In this document: one piece after another, positions 54,501-64,000 of the stretch | Numbering within the stretch: the first letter of the stretch is position 1 | Layout of the letters: the number at the start of each line of letters is the position of its first letter | NCBI RefSeq assembly: GCF_009914755.1 | Contig: NC_060938.1 | Source: the human T2T-CHM13v2.0 reference genome, Homo sapiens | DNA length: 64,000 nucleotides | Direction: 5' to 3' (one strand) | Program-made: the position numbers and the translations under genes | Notes under the pieces: model-generated | What the model saw: only the letters and a program-made list of their open reading frames with translations | What the model was told of the DNA's origin: nothing | Database searches by the model: none

Positions 54501-57500
54501 GCATACGTCATAAAGGAGTTTCTGAGAATGTTTCTGTCTAGTGGTTATGGGAAGATATTTGCTTTTTCACCGTAGGCCTCAGAGCGCTCCAAATATCCAC
54601 TTGCACATACTACAAAAAGAGTGCCTCAAAGCTGCTCTCTGAAACGGAATGTTCAACTCTATGAGTTGAATGCAAACATCGCAAAGACGTTTCTGAGAAT
54701 GCTTCTGTCTAGATTTGATATGAAGATATTCCCGTTTCCAACGAAATCTTCAAATCTATCCAAATGTCCACTTGCATATTCAAGAAAAAGTGTTTTTCAG
54801 AACTGCTCTATCAAAAGAAAGATCCACCTCTGTTAGCTGAGTTCACACATCACAAACAAGTTTATGAGAATGCTTCTGTCTAGTTTTTATTTGAAGATAT
54901 TTCCTTTCTCACCATAGAGCTGAAAGCTGTCCTAATGTTCACTTCCAGATACTACAGAAAGAGTGTTTCAAAACTGCTGTACGAAAGGGAATGTTCAACT
55001 CTGTGACTTGAATGCACACATCACAAAGAAGTTTCTGAGGATGCTGCTGTCTACTTTTTATACGTAATCCCGTTTCCAACGAAATCCTCCAAGCTATCCA
55101 AATATCCACTTGCAGATTCCACAGAAAGACTGTTTCAAAACTGCTCTGTCAATAGAAAGGTTCAACTCTGTTAGCTGCGTGCATATATCCCAAAGAAGAT
55201 TCTGAGATTGCTTCTGTCTAGTTTTTATGGGAAGATATTTCCCTTTTCACCGTAGGTGTCAAGGCGCTCCAAATGTCCACTTCCAGATACTACAAAAAGA
55301 GTGTTTCAAACCTACTCTGTGAAAGGGAATATTCAACTCTGTGACTTGAATGCACATATCACAAAGAAGTTTCTGAGAATGCTTCTGTCGAGATTTTATA
55401 TGAAGATATTCCCGTTTCCAACGAAATGCTGAAATCTATCCAAATATCCCCTCGCAGATTCTACAAAAAGAGTGTTTCAAAACTGCTCTGTGAAAAGAAA
55501 GGTTCAACTCTGTTAGTTGAGTACACACATCACAAACAAGTTTCACAGAATGCTTCTTTCTAGCTTGTAGGGGAAGATATTCCCTTTATCACCATGGGCC
55601 TCAAACCGTCCGAAAAGTCCACTTCCATATACTACAAAAAGAGCGTTTCAAACCTGCTCTATGAAAGGCAATGTTCAACTCTGTGACTTGAATGCAGACA
55701 TCACAGAGCAGTTTCTGAGAATGCTTCTGTCTAGATTTTATAGGAAGATATTCCCGTTTCCAACGAAATCTTCACAGCTATCCAAATATCCACTTGCAGA
55801 TTCTACAAAAAGAGTGTATCAAAACTGCTCTGTCAAAAGGAAGGTTCTTTTCTGTTAGGTGAGTGCATACGTCATAAAGGAGTTTCTGAGAATGTTTCTG
55901 TCTAGTGGTTATGGGAAGATATTTGCTTTTTCACCGTAGGCCTCAGAGCGCTCCAAATATCCACTTGCACATACTACAAAAAGAGTGCCTCAAAGCTGCT
56001 CTCTGAAACGGAATGTTCAACTCTATGAGTTGAATGCAAACATCACAAAGACGTTTCTGAGAATGCTTCTGTCTAGATTTGATATGAAGATATTCCCGTT
56101 TCCAACGAAATCTTCAAATCTATCCAAATGTCCACTTGCAGATTCAACAAAAAGTGTTTTTCAGAACTGCTCTATCAAAAGAAAGATCCACCTCTGTTAG
56201 CTGAGTTCAGACATCACAAACAAGTTTATGAGAATGCTTCTGTCTAGTTTTTATTTGAAGATATTTCCTTTCTCACCATAGACCTGAAAGCTGTCCTAAT
56301 GTTCACTTCCAGTTACTACAGAAAGAGTGTTTCAAAACTGCTGTACGAAAGGGAATGTTCAACTCTGTGACTTGAATGCACACATCACAAAGAAGTTTCT
56401 GAGGATGCTGCTGTCTACTTTTTATACTTAATCCCGTTTCCAACGAAATCCTCCAAGCTATCCAAATATCCACTTGCAGATTCCACAGAAAGACTGTTTC
56501 AAAACTGCTCTGTCAATAGAAAGGTTCAACTCTGTTAGCTGTGTGCATATATCCCAAAGAAGATTCTGAGATTGCTTCTGTCTAGTTTTTATGGGAAGAT
56601 ATTTCCCTTTTCACCGTAGGCGTCAAGGCGCTCCAAATGTCCACTTCCAGATACTACAAAAAGAGTGTTTCAAACCTACTCTGTGAAAGGGAATATTCAA
56701 CTCTGTGACTTGAATGCACATATCACAAGGAAGTTTCTGAGAATGCTTCTGTCGAGATTTTATATGAAGATATTCCCGTTTCCAACGAAATCCTGAAATC
56801 TATCCAAATATCCCCTCGCAGATTCTACAAAAAGAGTGTTTCAAAACTGCTCTGTAAAAAGAAAGGTTCAACTCTGTTAGTTGAGTACACACATCACAAA
56901 CAAGTTTCACAGAATGCTTCTTTCTAGCTTGTAGGGGAAGATATTCCCTTTATCACCATGGGCCTCAAACCGTCCGATAAGTCCACTTCCATATACTACA
57001 AAAAGAGCGTTTCAAACCTGCTCTATGAAAGGCAATGTTCAACTCTGTGACTTGAATGCAGACATCACAGAGCAGTTTCTGAGAATGCTTCTGTCTAGAT
57101 TTTATAGGAAGATATTCCCGTTTCCAACGAAATCTTCACAGCTATCCAAATATCCACTTGCAGATTCTACAAAAAGAGTGTATCAAAACTGCTCTGTCAA
57201 AAGGAAGGTTCTTTTCTGTTAGGTGAGTGCATACGTCATAAAGGAGTTTCTGAGAATGTTTCTGTCTAGTGGTTATGGGAAGATATTTGCTTTTTCACCG
57301 TAGGCCTCAGAGCGCTCCAAATATCCACTTGCACATACTACAAAAAGAGTGCCTCAAAGCTGCTCTCTGAAACGGAATGTGCAACTCTATGAGTTGAATG
57401 CAAATATCGCAAAGACGTTTCTGAGAATGCTTCTGTCTAGATTTGATATGAAGATATTCCCGTTTCCAACGAAATCTTCAAATCTATCCAAATGTCCACT

Positions 57501-59699
57501 TGCAGATTCAACAAAAAGTGTTTTTCAGAACTGCTCTATCAAAAGAAAGATCCACCTCTGTTAGCTGAGTTCACACATCACAAACAAGTTTATGAGAATG
57601 CTTCTGTCTAGTTTTTATTTGAAGATATTTCCTTTCTCACCATAGAGCTGAAAGCTGTCCTAATGTTCACTTCCAGATACTACAGAAAGAGTGTTTCAAA
57701 ACTGCTGTACGAAAGGGAATGTTCAACTCTGTGACTTGAATGCACACATCACAAAGAAGTTTCTGAGGATGCTGCTGTCTACTTTTTATACGTAATCCCG
57801 TTTCCAACGAAATCCTCCAAGCTATCCAAATATCTACTTGCAGATTCCACAGAAAGACTGTTTCAAAACTGCTCTGTCAATAGAAAGGTTCAACTCTGTT
57901 AGCTGCGTGCATATATCCCAAAGAAGATTCTGAGATTGCTTCTGTCTAGTTTTTATGGGAAGATATTTCCCTTTTCACCGTAGGTGTCAAGGCGCTCCAA
58001 ATGTCCACTTCCAGATACTACAAAAAGAGTGTTTCAAACCTACTCTGTGAAAGGGAATATTCAACTCTGTGACTCGAATGCACATATCACAAAGAAGTTT
58101 CTGAGAATGCTTCTGTCGAGATTTTATATGAAGATATTCCCGTTTCCAACGAAATGCTGAAATCTATCCAAATATCCCCTCGCAGATTCTACAAAAAGAG
58201 TGTTTCAAAACTGCTCTGTGAAAAGAAAGGTTCAACTCTGTTAGTTGAGTACACACATCACAAACAAGTTTCACAGAATGCTTCTTTCTAGCTTGTAGGG
58301 GAAGATATTCCCTTTATCACCATGGGCCTCAAACCGTCCGATAAGTCCACTTCCATATACTACAAAAAGAGCGTTTCAAACCTGCTCTATGAAAGGCAAT
58401 GTTCAACTCTGTGACTTGAATGCAGACATCACAGAGCAGTTTCTGAGAATGCTTCTGTCTAGATTTTATAGGAAGATATTCCCGTTTCCAACGAAATCTT
58501 CACAGCTATCCAAATATCCACTTGCAGATTCTACAAAAAGAGTGTATCAAAACTGCTCTGTCAAAAGGAAGGTTCTTTTCTGTTAGGTGAGTGCATACGT
58601 CATAAAGGAGTTTCTGAGAATGTTTCTGTCTAGTGGTTATGGGAAGATATTTGCTTTTTCACCGTAGGCCTCAGAGCGCTCCAAATATCCACTTGCACAT
58701 ACTACAAAAAGAGTGCCTCAAAGCTGCTCTCTGAAACGGAATGTTCAACTCTATGAGTTGAATGCAAACATCGCAAAGACGTTTCTGAGAATGCTTCTGT
58801 CTAGATTTGATATGAAGATATTCCCGTTTCCAACGAAATCTTCAAATCTATCCAAATGTCCACTTGCATATTCAACAAAAAGTGTTTTTCAGAACTGCTC
58901 TATCAAAAGAAAGATCCACCTCTGTTAGCTGAGTTCACACATCACAAACAAGTTTATGAGAATGCTTCTGTCTAGTTTTTATTTGAAGATATTTCCTTTC
59001 TCACCATAGAGCTGAAAGCTGTCCTAATGTTCACTTCCAGATACTACAGAAAGAGTGTTTCAAAACTGCTGTACGAAAGGGAATGTTCAACTGTGTGACT
59101 TGAATGCACACATCACAAAGAAGTTTCTGAGGATGCTGCTGTCTACTTTTTATACGTAATCCCGTTTCCAACGAAATCCTCCAAGCTATCCAAATATCCA
59201 CTTGCAGATTCCACAGAAAGACTGTTTCAAAACTGCTCTGTCAATAGAAAGGTTCAACTCTGTTAGCTGCGTGCATATATCCCAAAGAAGATTCTGAGAT
59301 TGCTTCTGTCTAGTTTTTATGGGAAGATATTTCCCTTTTCACCGTAGGTGTCAAGGCGCTCCAAATGTCCACTTCCAGATACTACAAAAAGAGTGTTTCA
59401 AACCTACTCTGTGAAAGGGAATATTCAACTCTGTGACTCGAATGCACATATCACAAAGAAGTTTCTGAGAATGCTTCTGTCGAGATTTTATATGAAGATA
59501 ATCCCGTTTCCAACGAAATCCTGAAATCTATCCAAATATCCCCTCGCAGATTCTACAAAAAGAGTGTTTCAAAACTGCTCTGTGAAAAGAAAGGTTCAAC
59601 TCTGTTAGTTGAGTACACACATCACAAACAAGTTTCACAGAATGCTTCTTTCTAGCTTGTAGGGGAAGATATTCCCTTTATCACCATGGGCCTCAAACC

Positions 59700-62600
59700 G
59701 TCTGAAACGTCCACTTCCATATACTACAAAAAGAGCGTTTCAAACCTGCTCTATGAAAGGCAATGTTCAACTCTGTGACTTGAATGCAGACATCACAGAG
59801 CAGTTTCTGAGAATGCTTCTGTCTAGATTTTATAGGAAGATATTCCCGTTTCCAACGAAATCTTCACAGCTATCCAAATATCCACTTGCAGATTCTACAA
59901 AAAGAGTGTATCAAAACTGCTCTGTCAAAAGGAAGGTTCTTCTCTGTTAGGTGAGTGCATACGTCATAAAGGAGTTTCTGAGAATGTTTCTGTCTAGTGG
60001 TTATGGGAAGATATTTGCTTTTTCCCCGTAGGCCTCAGGGCGCTCCAAATGTCCACTTGCACATGCTACAAAAAGAGTGCTTCAAAGCTGCTCTCTGAAA
60101 GGGAATGTTCAACTCTATGAGTTGAATGCAAACATCGCAAAGACGTTTCTGAGAATGCTTCTGTCTAGATTTGATATGAAGATATTCCCGTTTCCAACGA
60201 AATCTTCAAATCTATCCAAATGTCCACTTGCAGATTCAACAAAAAGTGTTTTTCAGAACTGCTCTATCAAAAGAAAGATCCACCTCTGTTAGCTGAGTTC
60301 AGACATCACAAACAAGTTTATGAGAATGCTTCTGTCTAGTTTTTATTTGAAGATATTTCCTTTCTCACCATAGACCTGAAAGCTGTCCTAATGTTCACTT
60401 CCAGTTACTACAGAAAGAGTATTTCAAAACTGCTGTACGAAAGGGAATGTTCAACTCTGTGACTTGAATGCACACATCACAAAGAAGTTTCTGAGGATGC
60501 TGCTGTCTACTTTTTATACTTAATCCCGTTTCCAACGAAATCCTCCAAGCTATCCAAATATCCACTTGCAGATTCCACAGAAAGACTGTTTCAAAACTGC
60601 TCTGTCAATAGAAAGGTTCAACTCTGTTAGCTGCGTGCATATATCCCAAAGAAGATTCTGAGATTGCTTCTGTCTAGTTTTTATGGGAAGATATTTCCCT
60701 TTTCACCATAGGTGTCAAGGCGCTCCAAATGTCCACTTCCAGATACTACAAAAAGAGTGTTTCAAACCTACTCTGTGAAAGGGAATATTCAACTCTGTGA
60801 CGTGAATGCACATATCACAAGGAAGTTTCTGAGAATGCTTCTGTCGAGATTTTATATGAAGATATTCCCGTTTCCAACGAAATCCTGAAATCTATCCAAA
60901 TATCCCCTCGCAGATTCTACAAAAAGAGTGTTTCAAAACTGCTCTTTAAAAAGAAAGGTTCAACTCTGTTAGTTGAGTACACACATCACAAACAAGTTTC
61001 ACAGAATGCTTCTTTCTAGCTTGTAGGGGAAGATATTCCCTTTATCACCATGGGCCTCAAAACGTCCGATAAGTCCACTTCCATATACTACAAAAAGAGC
61101 GTTTCAAACCTGCTCTATGAAAGGCAATGTTCAACTCTGTGACTTGAATGCAGACATCACAGAGCAGTTTCTGAGAATGCTTCTGTCTAGATTTTATAGG
61201 AAGATATTCCCGTTTCCAACGAAATCTTCACAGCTATCCAAATATCCACTTGCAGATTCTACAAAAAGAGTGTATCAAAACTGCTCTGTCAAAAGGAAGG
61301 TTCTTCTCTGTTAGGTGAGTGCATACGTCATAAAGGAGTTTCTGAGAATGTTTCTCTCTAGTGGTTATGGGAAGATATTTGCTTTTTCCCCGTAGGCCTC
61401 AGGGCGCTCCAAATGTCCACTTGCACATGCTACAAAAAGAGTGCTTCAAAGCTGCTCTCTGAAAGGGAATGTTCAACTCTATGAGTTGAATGCAGACATC
61501 ACAAAGACGTTTCTGAGAATGCTTCTGTCTAGATTTGATATGAAGATATTCCCGTTTCCAACGAAATCTTCAAATCTATCCAAATGTCCACTTGCAGATT
61601 CAACAAAAAGTGTTTTTCAGAACTGCTCTATCAAAAGAAAGATCCACCTCTGTTAGCTGAGTTCAGACATCACAAACAAGTTTATGAGAATGCTTCTGTC
61701 TAGTTTTTATTTGAAGATATTTCCTTTCTCACCATAGAGCTGAAAGCTGTCCTAATGTTCACTTCCAGATACTACAGAAAGAGTGTTTCAAAACTGCTGT
61801 ACGAAAGGGAATGTTCAACTCTGTGACTTGAATGCACACATCACAAAGAAGTTTCTGAGGATGCTGCTGTCTACTTTTTATACGTAATCCCGTTTCCAAC
61901 GAAATCCTCCAAGCTATCCAAATATCCACTTGCAGATTCCACAGAAAGACTGTTTCAAAACTGCTCTGTCAATAGAAAGGTTCAACTCTGTTAGCTGCGT
62001 GCATATATCCCAAAGAAGATTCTGAGATTGCTTCTGTCTAGTTTTTATGGGAAGATATTTCCCTTTTCACCGTAGGCGTCAAGGCGCTCCAAATGTCCAC
62101 TTCCAGATACTACAAAAAGAGTGTTTCAAACCTGCTCTGTGAAAGGGAATATTCAACTCTGTGACTTGAATGCACATATCACAAAGAAGTTTCTGAGAAT
62201 GCTTCTGTCGAGATTTTATATGAAGATATTCCCGTTTCCAACGAAATCCTGAAATGTATCCAAATATCCCCTCGCAGATTCTACAAAAAGAGTGTTTCAA
62301 AACTGCTCTGTAAAAAGAAAGGTTCAACTCTGTTAGTTGAGTACACACATCACAAACAAGTTTCACACAATGCTTCTTTCTAGCTTGTAGGGGAAGATAT
62401 TCCCTTTATCACCATGGGCCTCAAACCGTCTGAAACGTCCACTTCCATATACTACAAAAAGAGCATTTCAAACCTGCTCTATGAAAGGCAATGTTCAACT
62501 CTGTGACTTGAATGCAGACATCACAGAGCAGTTTCTGAGAATGCTTCTGTCTAGATTTTATAGGAAGATATTCCCGTTTCCAACGAAATCTTCACAGCTA

Positions 62601-64000
62601 TCCAAATATCCACTTGCAGATTCTACAAAAAGAGTGTATCAAAACTGCTCTGTCAAAAGGAAGGTTCTTCTCTGTTAGGTGAGTGCATACGTCATAAAGG
62701 AGTTTCTGAGAATGTTTCTGTCTAGTGGTTATGGGAAGATATTTGCTTTTTCCCCGTAGGCCTCAGGGCGCTCCAAATGTCCACTTGCACATGCTACAAA
62801 AAGAGTGCTTCAAAGCTGCTCTCTGAAAGGGAATGTTCAACTCTATGAGTTGAATGCAAACATCGCAAAGACGTTTCTGAGAATGCTTCTGTCTAGATTT
62901 GATATGAAGATATTCCCGTTTCCAACGAAATCTTCAAATCTATCCAAATGTCCACTTGCAGATTCAACAAAAAGTGTTTTTCAGAACTGCTCTATCAAAA
63001 GAAAGATCCACCTCTGTTAGCTGAGTTCAGACATCACAAACAAGTTTATGAGAATGCTTCTGTCTAGTTTTTATTTGAAGATATTTCCTTTCTCACCATA
63101 GACCTGAAAGCTGTCCTAATGTTCACTTCCAGTTACTACAGAAAGAGTATTTCAAAACTGCTGTACGAAAGGGAATGTTCAACTCTGTGACTTGAATGCA
63201 CACATCACAAAGAAGTTTCTGAGGATGCTGCTGTCTACTTTTTATACTTAATCCCGTTTCCAACGAAATCCTCCAAGCTATCCAAATATCCACTTGCAGA
63301 TTCCACAGAAAGACTGTTTCAAAACTGCTCTGTCAATAGAAAGGTTCAACTCTGTTAGCTGCGTGCATATATCCCAAAGAAGATTCTGAGATTGCTTCTG
63401 TCTAGTTTTTATGGGAAGATATTTCCCTTTTCACCATAGGTGTCAAGGCGCTCCAAATGTCCACTTCCAGATACTACAAAAAGAGTGTTTCAAACCTACT
63501 CTGTGAAAGGGAATATTCAACTCTGTGACGTGAATGCACATATCACAAGGAAGTTTCTGAGAATGCTTCTGTCGAGATTTTATATGAAGATATTCCCGTT
63601 TCCAACGAAATCCTGAAATCTATCCAAATATCCCCTCGCAGATTCTACAAAAAGAGTGTTTCAAAACTGCTCTTTAAAAAGAAAGGTTCAACTCTGTTAG
63701 TTGAGTACACACATCACAAACAAGTTTCACAGAATGCTTCTTTCTAGCTTGTAGGGGAAGATATTCCCTTTATCACCATGGGCCTCAAAACGTCCGATAA
63801 GTCCACTTCCATATACTACAAAAAGAGCGTTTCAAACCTGCTCTATGAAAGGCAATGTTCAACTCTGTGACTTGAATGCAGACATCACAGAGCAGTTTCT
63901 GAGAATGCTTCTGTCTAGATTTTATAGGAAGATATTCCCGTTTCCAACGAAATCTTCACAGCTATCCAAATATCCACTTGCAGATTCTACAAAAAGAGTG
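59700..64000 (-). repeat. Sub-array of a distinct HOR haplotype (C)
   Basis: Three consecutive copies carry TTCTTCTCTG in the preceding monomer, then TTCCCCGTAGG, CAGGGCGC, CCAAATGT, CACATGCTAC, GTGCTTCA and GAAAGGGAAT instead of the usual alleles. Confidence 0.88.

Larger units (their letters stand above)
1..64000 (-). repeat. Centromeric alpha-satellite higher-order repeat array, 8-monomer 1364-bp HOR, ~47 tandem copies; SF2-like, probably D14Z9/D22Z1 (chr14/22)
   Basis: The sequence recurs every 1364 bp (TTATGGGAAGATATTTGC at 1, 1365, 2729, 6821, 13641, 39541, 60001; the ORF track repeats with the same period). Internal ~171-bp periodicity carries alphoid motifs (TTTCTGAGAATGCTTCTGTCTAG, GTTCAACTCTGTGA, TCCACTTGCAGA), and CENP-B boxes occur in alternate monomers. 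The alphoid HOR call is essentially certain. The chromosome assignment is inference from the 8-mer size and recalled similarity to acrocentric SF2 monomers (about 0.7). Confidence 0.98.

Noticed and set aside
817-59093. Scattered singleton SNVs (e.g. near 817, 1273, 4714, 11161, 12968, 13913, 24864, 25535, 35336, 57835, 59093)
   Set aside because: These are expected background mutation or sequencing error with no pattern, useful only as mapping markers.
62079-62366. Unique 95-aa minus-strand ORF
   Set aside because: It is opened by private SNVs in copy 46 (CCTAC>CCTGC, ATCTAT>ATGTAT) that remove stop codons. It is translated alpha satellite; database hits to similar 'proteins' would be spurious.
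77-63020. Recurrent 65-aa and 71-aa plus-strand ORFs (MKGNVQLCDL..., MPQSCSLKRN...)
   Set aside because: These are chance open frames in alphoid monomers, repeated only because the HOR repeats. The two resemble each other because monomers are homologous. The 71-aa ORF starts at GTG, and neither has a recognisable domain or gene structure.
186-63952. Identical 17-20-bp motif at regular spacing resembling a CRISPR repeat
   Set aside because: It is the CENP-B box. The intervening ~320-bp segments are themselves repeated satellite rather than unique spacers, and there are no cas genes.
1-64000. Other HOR assignments with similar size or sequence (D10Z1, D12Z3, D18Z1, D20Z2, D13Z1/D21Z1)
   Set aside because: From recall, D10Z1 and D12Z3 are SF1 with different monomer signatures and D13Z1/D21Z1 is an 11-mer. 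The monomers here look like the acrocentric SF2 type rather than chr18/20. These are disfavoured but not excluded without an HMM or BLAST search, and chr14 vs chr22 cannot be resolved by eye.
1-64000. A hidden novel coding or mobile system
   Set aside because: All bases are accounted for by in-register HOR copies, since unit starts are continuous across the window; there is no non-alphoid insert.

Overview
The whole 64 kb window is primate (human-like) centromeric alpha-satellite DNA. It is a head-to-tail array of about 47 copies (46 complete plus one partial) of a 1364-bp higher-order repeat (HOR) built from 8 diverged ~171-bp monomers, in reverse orientation relative to the conventional alphoid consensus. 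Monomers alternate between CENP-B-box type and pJ-alpha-box type, which is dimeric, suprachromosomal family 2 (SF2)-like organisation. The 8-mer length and monomer sequence fit best with the live chr14/chr22 HOR (D14Z9/D22Z1), an assignment made from memory without a search. I see no genes, mobile elements, RNA genes or CRISPR arrays, and the ORFs supplied are artefacts of the repeat. I found no new biological system. The informative signal is in the variation between copies: two main HOR haplotypes (here A and B) arranged in 2-copy and 3-copy super-periods, recombinant copies, shared small deletions, one mutated CENP-B box, short tracts from a third haplotype (C), and a switch into a C domain near 59.5-60 kb. 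Copy numbering uses the phase of base 1; copy starts are 1, 1365, 2729 ... 16369 (13), 17727, 21819 (17), 23179, 31363 (24), 35453 (27), 38179 (29), 39541 (30), 60001 (45), 62729 (47). All variant calls were read by eye.
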